NCBI GenBank assembly: GCA_015491995.1
Contig: WGFY01000041.1
Coordinates: 32,518-96,517 of the forward strand
Direction of reading: 5' to 3'
Length of the DNA: 64,000 nt
From: Mesoaciditoga sp.
Lineage (GTDB): Bacteria; Thermotogota; Thermotogae; Mesoaciditogales; Mesoaciditogaceae
Part shown: piece by piece, positions 8,615 through 16,534 of the stretch
How positions within the stretch are numbered: position 1 is the first letter of the stretch
Layout: each line of letters begins with the position of its first letter
Position numbers and translations under genes: made by a program
The notes under the pieces: generated by a model
Database searches by the model: none
What the model saw: only the letters and a program-made list of their open reading frames with translations
Told to the model about the DNA's origin: nothing

Positions 8615-9149
8615 TAAAAACCACAACACACCGGTTGTTATACTCGGAATGGATAAAAGTCCAATGGTCCTTCCCATATGGATAGGTTCTTGCGAGGCAA
8701 TGGCACTTTCATTGGAAATAGAAAAAAGCGATTTTCCGAGACCTTTAACACATGATTTGCTTGTAAACGTGATAGAGGCGCTTGACGCTCAAGTTTCAAA
8801 AGTGATCATAGATTCCTTAAAAGAGAACACTTATTACGCAAAATTGATCATAAAGGATCTTACTTACTCTGATTTAGAAGACGATCCGAATTCCATGATC
8901 GAAATAGATTGCCGTCCATCCGATGCCATCGTGGTTGCAGTGAAAAAGAATGTTCCGATATACACGACTGATGAAATTATCCTCGAAGGGGGAATAAAGA
9001 TCGAAGAAAGCTCGCAGAAAGAAGAGAAAGAAAAAGAATTCAAGGATTTCGTTGAAAACATGAATATAGACGATTTTAAGAATTATTTTCACCGCGAAAG
9101 AGGTGAAAAAGGAAACGAAAAAAAAGATACAGATAATGGAAATTCTTGA
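8550..9149 (+). CDS. Bifunctional nuclease family (DUF151/BFN) protein
   Basis: PVVILGMDKSPMVLPIWIGSCEAMALSLEIEKSDFPRPLTHDLL matches the BFN family. The real start is probably GTG 8568 (MRKLLRELKIKAL..) or ATG 8607, which overlaps the plsC stop. Confidence 0.85.
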   Translation: MKDLKEVRKLLRELKIKALMLDKNHNTPVVILGMDKSPMVLPIWIGSCEAMALSLEIEKSDFPRPLTHDLLVNVIEALDAQVSKVIIDSLKENTYYAKLIIKDLTYSDLEDDPNSMIEIDCRPSDAIVVAVKKNVPIYTTDEIILEGGIKIEESSQKEEKEKEFKDFVENMNIDDFKNYFHRERGEKGNEKKDTDNGNS

Positions 9150-9945
9150 AGAAGAGTTGAGAAAACACGTGCTTTCCCTTAACCTCTGTTCAACACTTGA
9201 AAAAGCGGCACTCTACACACTTGAGTTGCCGGGTAAGAGATTGAGACCTACCTTTCTTATGACAAGCGCGTTGGATTTTGATGTAGAAGAAAAAATCGCT
9301 CTTAGGGGTGCTGTGGCTGTAGAAATGATGCACACAGCCTCTTTAATACATGACGATCTCCCTGCAATAGACAACGATGATTACAGACGTGGAAAGCCGT
9401 CTAATCATGTGATGTTCGGCGAAGACACGGCTATAATGGCTGGGGATCTGCTCTTCGTAAGGGCACTCGATATCTGCAATGAATTGGGAGATCCATCTCT
9501 TTCAAATGCCTTTTCAAGAACGCTTATAGAACTTGTCGATGGGGAAATGCGTGACATAGCCATGTCGAAAGCAAATGGAAAAAATGATGATATTGTGAAA
9601 ATGTACAAAAAAAAGACTGGAGCACTTTTCGCCTTTGCATTTTCTTTCGGACCAAGGTTAAAGGGCAAAAATGTCGAAAAATATGAAGAAGCAGGATATG
9701 ATTTTGGGATAAGTTTTCAAATATTCGATGACATTGCCGATATCAATTCAACTTTTGAAGAAATTGGAAAGACACCTCACAAAGACCTTAAACAACATAA
9801 ATCCACGCTTGTTCAAAGAATCGGAGTTGAAGAATCGAAGAAATTCGCCGATACTCTTTATAGAAGAGTTTTAGAGAATTTGAAAGATTCCCCAAAGCTT
9901 TTGTCAGAAATAAAAAACGTTGAAGATACAGTGAGGCGTGAATGA
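9103..9945 (+). CDS. Short-chain polyprenyl diphosphate synthase (FPP/GGPP synthase type)
   Basis: First Asp-rich motif DDLPAID(NDD) and second motif FQIFDDIADI. Start is either GTG 9103 or ATG 9136. Confidence 0.9.
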   Translation: MKKETKKKIQIMEILEEELRKHVLSLNLCSTLEKAALYTLELPGKRLRPTFLMTSALDFDVEEKIALRGAVAVEMMHTASLIHDDLPAIDNDDYRRGKPSNHVMFGEDTAIMAGDLLFVRALDICNELGDPSLSNAFSRTLIELVDGEMRDIAMSKANGKNDDIVKMYKKKTGALFAFAFSFGPRLKGKNVEKYEEAGYDFGISFQIFDDIADINSTFEEIGKTPHKDLKQHKSTLVQRIGVEESKKFADTLYRRVLENLKDSPKLLSEIKNVEDTVRRE

Positions 9946-12332
9946 AATTTCCCAAAATTCCCAAGCTTAACTTTTTAAAGCTGGGTTTCCTTGGTAAGAT
10001 TTTTAAAAATAAAAAAATTCTTATAGCGACTATCGCAGTCGTAACGTTGGTAGTAGTCATGTCTTTCTTTTTACTCAAGCCGCACAAAGAAAGAAACAAG
10101 CTTGTTCTTTCAGCTGAGGTGGAGGCAAATGAAGGGGCTTTGCAAAGAGGGGATTCTATGTTGATTTCAGCCGTTTCTTCATCCACAACGGATTACACAG
10201 CAGTTGAAGTTGCCTCAAGCTTTGTAGGCCACCTTTACAAAGTTTCCTGGAAAAGTGGTCTTAAAACGATGAGCCGTTCCCCAATACACGTTTGGATTCC
10301 AATACCATCAAATTACTATTTTGGTGAGAATACCGCAAATGTTGAGAGTGTGGAAACGATTAACGGGATGCCTTATGTTCTGTATGGTGGGCAAATTAGA
10401 ACAAGGAACAATTCTCACTATCTTGAAAGTATCTTGTACTTTCCTGGGATAGTGGGCTTGCATCTTATTCAAAGCAATGGTGATTATGGTCTAAGACTTG
10501 TAAAAAAAGCAGGAGATAACTCTCCAAATCTTATCGTAGTTCCTGGAAGCAACATGAATTTTGCCGGGAATATTCCAGGTACAGATCAAAATATATGGGC
10601 TCGAATTTTTTCTGATTACAACGTTTACATTTTTTCTTATCCTTTAACATCATCAAAATCCTTATCAACAACTGCAAAAGTTGTAAACTATTTCGAAAAA
10701 ACAGGTACCAATAGTTACACCGAATATGTGGGAAAAACGTTGGCAAACCTTCTTACAACTGTGAAAGGCGATACTTATGTGATCGCTCAAGGCGTTGGGG
10801 GATTGGTGACGAGATATGCTTTACAATCTCAAAAAAACCTCGAAAATATAAAAAGGGTCGTGCTTTTTGACACGCCAAATGATGGTACAACTTTCGCCTC
10901 GGCATATATGTTAAGCAATTTGTACAACGCCGGAAGCATCTTTTTAAGTCGAGATCTTTTGATTCCATTAAAAACTGTGAATTATATTTTAAACATATCC
11001 ACTTCATATTTGAGGCTTTTGAATTTCTTTGCCAAAGATCTTGAACCGGATTCATCTCTTATTTCATATTTAAAGTCAACATCACCACCAACAGGTACAA
11101 CATTCATATCCATCACAGGGACAAAGCCAAATGTTTTAATAAAAAGCTCTAAAAAATTAGAAGAACTTTTTCCACAACTTGTGAACGGTAAAGGTGATGG
11201 AGTGACCTCGGTGAAAAGCGCTCTGAGCTTTGGAAAGATGAAATACAAATTCCCTTATTCGTTTTACGATATATTCATGCATAGGGATGTACAAAAACTT
11301 TTGAAAAAGTTGCTAAAAACAAAAACTTTACCTGATCAAATGAATTTCACCTCCGACAAATTCAAGGAAACGAAAACTTCTACTTCTGTGAACGAAAAGG
11401 CAATATCGGTCAAAATGAGTTTGAAAAGTCGAAAGTACCTTTCGAGTGGTGATTATTTGCTTAAAAAACCATCAATGGGAGCGTATCTTTCCAAAACGTA
11501 CCAAGTTGATGTACCAAAGGTATCGAAGATAATGGGAGTTTCAAATGGGGCTTACCTTGTCTCCGAAAGCGATGCCTATCTCATGTCAATAGGTGGCTAT
11601 CAGCCGATATACAAAGGAAGGATATCTTTCTCAAACGTTTATGGAAATCACCTGTATCTCATCACTGGAAAGCACCAAGTCCTTGAATTCACCGGAAAAG
11701 TGTCGAATTTGAAGTGTGAAATTCCTCAAAGGGACTATCAATCTATATTCGTGACAGACAAGGATATCTACGCTCTTGAAAATAAAGCAACATCAACATC
11801 ACTCGTCAATCTATCAAAGAACAACATCCTTTTAACCATACCAGGCAAAAACGCCATCATGCGTTTTCTTCCATTAACAAACCAACTTGTAATAGTTACA
11901 GATAAGTACGTGGCTGTGTACAGTCTTGTGGAGCATGTTGGAATTTTCTTTGAAAAGATCGATGAAATTACAAAAAAAGTTGGATTTAAATCCGATCAGT
12001 CCATAAAGATAAATTCCGTTTACGTGAATAAAAACCTCATTTATCTTTTATCGTCCAATTACATTCTTATCGTTGTCGACATGAAAACACACGATGCCCA
12101 GCTAATAGGTGATGATGACATTGGAAATTTGAAATTGCTTCCTTACGGAAGCACACTTGTCGTCGTTGGAGAAAATACTTTGAATTTTTATGATACGATA
12201 AATCGTGTAAGAATACCTGTCTATCAAAAAATCCTCAACACTTCAAGCGCCATAAATTGGAACAATTCGATTCTTCTTCTTTGCAGAGAAAGAGGAGGAT
12301 ATGAAATTGAAAGATATGAAAAGATCAAATAA
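9942..12332 (+). CDS. Membrane-anchored protein: lipase-like alpha/beta-hydrolase fold with Ser-to-Gly nucleophile, plus C-terminal beta-propeller-like repeats
   Basis: 796 aa. ATGA overlap with the upstream gene. TM helix ILIATIAVVTLVVVMSFFLL. YVIAQGVGGLVTRYAL..VVLFDTPNDGT resembles GHSMGG..TPHxG of PGAP1/lipase class 2. The C-terminal ~300 aa have 6-7 blade-like repeats. Confidence 0.75.
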   Translation: MKFPKIPKLNFLKLGFLGKIFKNKKILIATIAVVTLVVVMSFFLLKPHKERNKLVLSAEVEANEGALQRGDSMLISAVSSSTTDYTAVEVASSFVGHLYKVSWKSGLKTMSRSPIHVWIPIPSNYYFGENTANVESVETINGMPYVLYGGQIRTRNNSHYLESILYFPGIVGLHLIQSNGDYGLRLVKKAGDNSPNLIVVPGSNMNFAGNIPGTDQNIWARIFSDYNVYIFSYPLTSSKSLSTTAKVVNYFEKTGTNSYTEYVGKTLANLLTTVKGDTYVIAQGVGGLVTRYALQSQKNLENIKRVVLFDTPNDGTTFASAYMLSNLYNAGSIFLSRDLLIPLKTVNYILNISTSYLRLLNFFAKDLEPDSSLISYLKSTSPPTGTTFISITGTKPNVLIKSSKKLEELFPQLVNGKGDGVTSVKSALSFGKMKYKFPYSFYDIFMHRDVQKLLKKLLKTKTLPDQMNFTSDKFKETKTSTSVNEKAISVKMSLKSRKYLSSGDYLLKKPSMGAYLSKTYQVDVPKVSKIMGVSNGAYLVSESDAYLMSIGGYQPIYKGRISFSNVYGNHLYLITGKHQVLEFTGKVSNLKCEIPQRDYQSIFVTDKDIYALENKATSTSLVNLSKNNILLTIPGKNAIMRFLPLTNQLVIVTDKYVAVYSLVEHVGIFFEKIDEITKKVGFKSDQSIKINSVYVNKNLIYLLSSNYILIVVDMKTHDAQLIGDDDIGNLKLLPYGSTLVVVGENTLNFYDTINRVRIPVYQKILNTSSAINWNNSILLLCRERGGYEIERYEKIK

Positions 12333-13116
12333 AATCCTTGTTTTTTCCCTTTTGATACTCTTAACGGCAACCGTGCTTTTTGGTAAAAATGTGACCTTCT
12401 ATTACACACAAGGCATTATAACTTTTAACGCCGGAAATTATCCAAAAGCAGAAGAATACCTTAAAACGGCGCTTATGCTGGAACCTTCTCTTGAAAACAA
12501 TTCAGACATTAAGTACATGATCGGATTGAGCGCATGGTATTCAGGTGATCTTGTTACGGCCAGAGCTTATCTTCCAGAAGAAGATATATCGATCGCTGGT
12601 AGCTCAAATAAGGTTTCAAAACGTAATCTTGTTAACAACATTGCACATTGGGAAAAGATGGGCATTCCTGTTGTTACAAACAAAAAAGACTTTCAGAAGA
12701 AAAAACTTTCCCCTTGGATCGATTGGCTAACTTTCTTGGGAATATTTTCTACTATAATGGTAATTTTCATGAATTACAAACATTCAAAGAAAAAGAAAAG
12801 CCAAGGCAGATCCATTCCTTCTCAAGAAGAGAAAGAAGAATCATTTTTGGAAAATGAAGGATTTCCGGCTGCCGACTTCTCTTTTAACGCTGGGGAGCTT
12901 CCTTCAGATGTTCCGGCAGACGATGAGATTAAGAAAAAACTTCAAACCCTTTTGCAAGGTGATAAAAGCACTCATAATGAAAACATGGCACGAATTGAAG
13001 AGCCAGAAAAAATTGTAGAGAAAGTGGGAAGCGAAGCTTCAGAAGAAGAACTTACAGATTTAACCAAAGCCGTTCAAGAGATCTTATCGAAAAAATCAGA
13101 AAGTTCTCGCACATAA
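12301..13116 (+). CDS. TPR-like membrane protein with acidic C-terminal tail (hypothetical)
   Basis: 271 aa. Strong RBS AGAGGAGGAT directly upstream of the ATG. Signal/anchor ILVFSLLILLTATVLF, TPR-like segment, and a second TM helix WLTFLGIFSTIMVIFM. Confidence 0.7.
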   Translation: MKLKDMKRSNKILVFSLLILLTATVLFGKNVTFYYTQGIITFNAGNYPKAEEYLKTALMLEPSLENNSDIKYMIGLSAWYSGDLVTARAYLPEEDISIAGSSNKVSKRNLVNNIAHWEKMGIPVVTNKKDFQKKKLSPWIDWLTFLGIFSTIMVIFMNYKHSKKKKSQGRSIPSQEEKEESFLENEGFPAADFSFNAGELPSDVPADDEIKKKLQTLLQGDKSTHNENMARIEEPEKIVEKVGSEASEEELTDLTKAVQEILSKKSESSRT

Positions 13117-13502
13117 TCTTCTTGCTTTTTGAACATCTTCTTTGCATCCGACTCGTTTGTTTCATGATCGTATCCCAACAGATGCAATATTCCATGTACA
13201 CAAACTCTTACGACTTCCTCGCCAAATTCCACTTCGAAATATTTAGCATTTTCTTTAACGTACTCTGGGCAAATGTATATTTCGCCCAGTAAGCTTGATG
13301 AATCGTAATTGAACGAAAGGACATCCGTTGGTCCGTTGACATTCCTGTATTTGTTGTATTCGATGATCTTTTTAAGCTCTACGAACACGATGTTTATCAT
13401 CGCTTTTTTTTGCTCTGAGATGAGGACATACTCGCAAATTTCTCGAACTTTTGATATGTTTATAGACATTTTTTGATCGTTGTAAACATTACATTTTTGC
13501 AA
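13074..13502 (-). CDS. ybeY: rRNA maturation endoribonuclease YbeY
   Basis: 142 aa. Zinc motif HGILHLLGYDH. TTG start with RBS AAGGGTGA 6 nt upstream. Confidence 0.93.
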   Translation of the reverse strand: MQKCNVYNDQKMSINISKVREICEYVLISEQKKAMINIVFVELKKIIEYNKYRNVNGPTDVLSFNYDSSSLLGEIYICPEYVKENAKYFEVEFGEEVVRVCVHGILHLLGYDHETNESDAKKMFKKQEDYVRELSDFFDKIS

Positions 13503-14889
13503 CTCTTATCACCCTTTCAACTTCCTGAGAATTTTTCGGATATTCTATTCTATTTTTATACATGGATGATAGAATTTTTGAGAATTCTTCTACAATTTCG
13601 TCTATGTCCCTTAAAGTTAATCCGGAATTATCAAGCTGTCTTTCGTTGTAAATTCCATTTACGACCTCTTCGATCATATTTCTAATTTTAGATGGTGTTG
13701 GAGATTTCAGAGATCTAACTGCCGCTTCACAAGAATCAGCCAGCATAACTATTCCTGACTCTTTAGTACGAGGTTTAGGTCCAGGGTATCTAAAATCATC
13801 AGGGCTGACTTTTAAATTTTCAGAGAGAGCTTTTTGATAGAAAAAAGAAACCATCTTTGTTCCATGGTGTTCTCTTATCATGTCTTCTACCAACAACGGT
13901 AATCTATGAGATTTTGAAAGTTCTTCACCGTATTTGACATGTGAAGCGATTACAAGATAGTTCATCATAGGTGACATGGAATCATGAGGATTTACCCCGC
14001 GCTGATTTTCCGTAAAAAATTCTGGGCGCTTTATCTTACCAATATCATGAAAATAAGGTCCAACCCTTGTCAAAACGTAATTGACATTTATTCTTTGAGC
14101 AGCGCTTTCACACATGTTGGATAAAACAACACTGTGAAAATAAGTTCCTGGGGCCTTTACGGATAGCTTCTTCACCAAAGGATGGCTTAAATTCCCAAGT
14201 TCTATCAATCCGACATTTGAATATATTCTCGAAATATACTCAACATACGGTAAAATTCCAACCATCAATATCATTGATACAAATGGGTTTAATCCCATTA
14301 GAACAATGGATTTCAATTGAATTGAGTAAGGGAAAAAATCGACACTTATACTCAACACCATTAAAATTGATAGGACGGAATTCCAAAGAGATGCTTTAGA
14401 AAAATCGAACCTTTTAACTAATCTTTTGGTTAAAAGAACGCTGCCTATGGATCCTATTGTGTAAATTGCAAAAAGTTCAAAACTTCCATTACCAACTATT
14501 GCGGCAACCGTTGACAAAGTAATAGCAGAAGCCATGGCACTTTCGGTTCCCATTAAAGAATAAATAAGCAGAACCCCAAAGAAAACAGGAAGTCCATATA
14601 CCCCAAGAAGTGTGTATCCCAATGGGAAAGACAAAGTGGTGATAAGCAAAATAGATGTGTAAGTCCAAAAATACTCTTTGTGTATCTTGAAGAGCTTCAC
14701 GTGTTCACTCATCCAAGAGAAAGTGACAGAATTCGCCGCCAATATAAGAATATATGATCCCAACCAAGATGATCTTGGAAGCAACGAAAATTCGCTCTCG
14801 ATCAACAAAAAAAGCGGCACCAGTAGGTAATAAATGTACATTCTTACCTTTTCATTCAGAAGCTTTTTTTTCAGATTCAAAATCCTCAT
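13489..14889 (-). CDS. 7TM-receptor / HD-domain phosphohydrolase (PgpH/YqfF family)
   Basis: 466 aa. Multiple TM helices followed by an HD domain (HDIGK, HHGT, LADSCEA). Sits in the conserved phoH-HD-ybeY order. An alternative ATG start lies at 14841. Confidence 0.88.
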   Translation of the reverse strand: MRILNLKKKLLNEKVRMYIYYLLVPLFLLIESEFSLLPRSSWLGSYILILAANSVTFSWMSEHVKLFKIHKEYFWTYTSILLITTLSFPLGYTLLGVYGLPVFFGVLLIYSLMGTESAMASAITLSTVAAIVGNGSFELFAIYTIGSIGSVLLTKRLVKRFDFSKASLWNSVLSILMVLSISVDFFPYSIQLKSIVLMGLNPFVSMILMVGILPYVEYISRIYSNVGLIELGNLSHPLVKKLSVKAPGTYFHSVVLSNMCESAAQRINVNYVLTRVGPYFHDIGKIKRPEFFTENQRGVNPHDSMSPMMNYLVIASHVKYGEELSKSHRLPLLVEDMIREHHGTKMVSFFYQKALSENLKVSPDDFRYPGPKPRTKESGIVMLADSCEAAVRSLKSPTPSKIRNMIEEVVNGIYNERQLDNSGLTLRDIDEIVEEFSKILSSMYKNRIEYPKNSQEVERVIRVAKM

Positions 14890-15784
14890 ACGCCTTTACT
14901 ATTCTTTTTACCAATGGGTTTCTTACCACATCTTCTTTGGTAAGGTAAATGAATTCCACCCCAATTATACCTTCAAGAACTTTTCTCGATTGTACAAGCC
15001 CGGAATCTTCACGGTTTTCAAGATCAATTTGAGTTACATCCCCTGTTATGACCACTTTTGAGCCAAAACCCATTCTCGTTAGAAACATTTTCAATTGGCC
15101 TCTGGTGGTATTTTGAGCTTCATCGAGTATTATAAAAGCGCTGTTCAAAGTTCTTCCTCTCATGTAAGCAAGAGGTGCAACTTCAATTGTCCCTTTTTCT
15201 CTGTAATAGTTAAACCTTTCTGGGCTCATCATATCAAATATGGAATCGTACAACGGCCTTAAATACGGATCGACCTTTTCTAACATATCGCCTGGAAGGA
15301 ATCCTAATTTTTCTCCAGCTTCAACTGCAGGTCTTGCCAACACTATTCTCTGCACCTCTCCTCTTCTAAGAGATTCAACAGCCATGGCAACTGCCAAATA
15401 GGTCTTGCCGGTTCCTGCGGGACCTATGGCAAAGATGAGATCGTTTTTTTGCATAGCTTCTATGTAGCGCTTTTGCCCTAAAGTCTTGGGAAAAACTCCC
15501 ACACCTTCTATCTTGGTTTTATGAGTAATTTTTTCCTCAGCGTTCAAAAGATCTCTAACATCCACTGAGCCTTCTTTTAAAACCTTCTCTGTCATCATTT
15601 TTAGAACCTCTTTGACACGTTTGACAGCTTCTTCTTTGCCTTTCAGCCAAAGCTCGTTATCGGTTAATTTAACGTTGATGTTAAAGCGCTTTTTTATAGT
15701 TTTTAAATTGGAATCATACTCTCCAATAAAGCCGACCAAATCCACAGAATTGGGTATTTTAAAACGTGAAATAGTTTCCAGCAA
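14852..15784 (-). CDS. phoH: PhoH-like ATPase
   Basis: 310 aa. Walker A GPAGTGKT. TTG start with RBS GGAGGTGA. Confidence 0.93.
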   Translation of the reverse strand: MLETISRFKIPNSVDLVGFIGEYDSNLKTIKKRFNINVKLTDNELWLKGKEEAVKRVKEVLKMMTEKVLKEGSVDVRDLLNAEEKITHKTKIEGVGVFPKTLGQKRYIEAMQKNDLIFAIGPAGTGKTYLAVAMAVESLRRGEVQRIVLARPAVEAGEKLGFLPGDMLEKVDPYLRPLYDSIFDMMSPERFNYYREKGTIEVAPLAYMRGRTLNSAFIILDEAQNTTRGQLKMFLTRMGFGSKVVITGDVTQIDLENREDSGLVQSRKVLEGIIGVEFIYLTKEDVVRNPLVKRIVKAYEDFESEKKASE

Positions 15785-15834
15785 GATTCACCTCCACATT
15801 TTTTACCCTACAAGTATAATACTTTATCTGGTGC

Positions 15835-15864
15835 TTGACAAGAGGTGGTTGTATGTTATACAAT
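15835..15864 (+). promoter_or_regulatory. Sigma-70-type promoter for the tRNA-Thr/tRNA-Tyr/rpmG/tRNA-Trp/secE unit
   Basis: TTGACA (15835-15840), then either a 16-nt spacer to TGtTATACA or an 18-nt spacer to TACAAT (15859-15864). The tRNA starts at 15876. Confidence 0.65.
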
Positions 15865-15875
15865 ACAAATCGAGT

Positions 15876-15951
15876 GCCAGCGTAGCTCAGTTGGTAGAGC
15901 AACTGATTTGTAATCAGTAGGTCGGGGGTTCGAACCCCTTCGCTGGCTCCA
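15876..15951 (+). tRNA. tRNA-Thr (anticodon TGT), CCA encoded
   Basis: Manual cloverleaf: acceptor GCCAGCG/CGCTGGC, D arm GCTC..GAGC, anticodon stem ACTGA/TCAGT with loop TTTGTAA, T loop TTCGAAC. 76 nt. Confidence 0.95.
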
Positions 15952-15956
15952 AGGAT

Positions 15957-16043
15957 GGAGAGGTGCCCGAGTGGCCAATGGGGGCGGACTGTAAATCCGC
16001 TGGCGGATCGCCTTCGGTGGTTCAAATCCACCCCTCTCCACCA
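15957..16043 (+). tRNA. tRNA-Tyr (anticodon GTA), long variable arm, CCA encoded
   Basis: Acceptor GGAGAGG/CCTCTCC, anticodon stem GCGGA/TCCGC with loop CTGTAAA, variable arm GGCG-gat-CGCC, T arm GGTGG-TTCAAAT-CCACC. 87 nt. Confidence 0.95.
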
Positions 16044-16066
16044 GATTTTTCTAATGAGGTGGAAAA

Positions 16067-16225
16067 ATGGCGAAGAACTCAAAGAATTTTGTAACGTTAG
16101 TATGTACGGAATGTAAGTCTAGAAATTATGTCATCCGCAAGGGAAGACAATCTAGGGAAAAGCTTCAAATAAAGAAGTACTGCCCCAAATGTAAAGAGCA
16201 TACCCTTCATAAAGAATCCAAGTAA
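16067..16225 (+). CDS. rpmG: 50S ribosomal protein L33
   Basis: Not in the ORF track because it is under 60 aa. My translation is MAKNSKNFVTLVCTECKSRNYVIRKGRQSREKLQIKKYCPKCKEHTLHKESK (52 aa) with the CxxC..CxxC zinc ribbon. RBS GAGGTGGA. Confidence 0.93.
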   Translation: MAKNSKNFVTLVCTECKSRNYVIRKGRQSREKLQIKKYCPKCKEHTLHKESK

Positions 16226-16239
16226 GTTTTACTTATCGT

Positions 16240-16315
16240 AGGCCCGTAGCTCAACTGGCAGAGCACCGGTCTCCAAAACCGGGTGTTGCAGGTTCAAGTC
16301 CTGCCGGGCCTGCCA
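16240..16315 (+). tRNA. tRNA-Trp (anticodon CCA), CCA encoded
   Basis: Acceptor AGGCCCG/CGGGCCT, anticodon stem CCGGT/ACCGG with loop CTCCAAA, T arm GCAGG-TTCAAGT-CCTGC. 76 nt. Confidence 0.95.
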
Positions 16316-16332
16316 GGTTAAGGGGTGAAATA

Positions 16333-16530
16333 ATGGTTAATATGAAAAAGTTTTTTAACGAAGTGAAAAGTGAGTCCAAAAAAACGACTTGGCCTTCTCA
16401 AGAAAAGCTCTTATCGGCAACGGGTATCGTTTTGCTTATACTTGGAGTTACAGGGTTATACTTTTGGTTTTTGGACATGGGATTTTCCACGTTTACAAGA
16501 TGGCTTCTAGCTGTTTTAGGTGTGAAATAG
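16333..16530 (+). CDS. secE: Preprotein translocase subunit SecE
   Basis: 65 aa. A single C-terminal TM helix (ATGIVLLILGVTGLYFWFL). Conserved position upstream of nusG. RBS AAGGGGTGA. Confidence 0.9.
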   Translation: MVNMKKFFNEVKSESKKTTWPSQEKLLSATGIVLLILGVTGLYFWFLDMGFSTFTRWLLAVLGVK

Positions 16531-16534
16531 GGTA

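Noticed and set aside
12545-12857. Alternative-frame ORFs 12545-12730 and 12648-12857 inside the TPR/TM gene. Similar ORFs lie at 28448-28732, 28457-28726 and 28991-29350 inside the MFS gene.
   Set aside because: They are short, lack an RBS and are nested in better-supported longer ORFs.
15759-16082. 107-aa and 61-aa minus-strand ORFs, and the 102-aa plus-strand ORF 15612-15920.
   Set aside because: They run through or antisense to the tRNA-Thr and tRNA-Tyr genes and the promoter region. The region is fully explained by the tRNAs.
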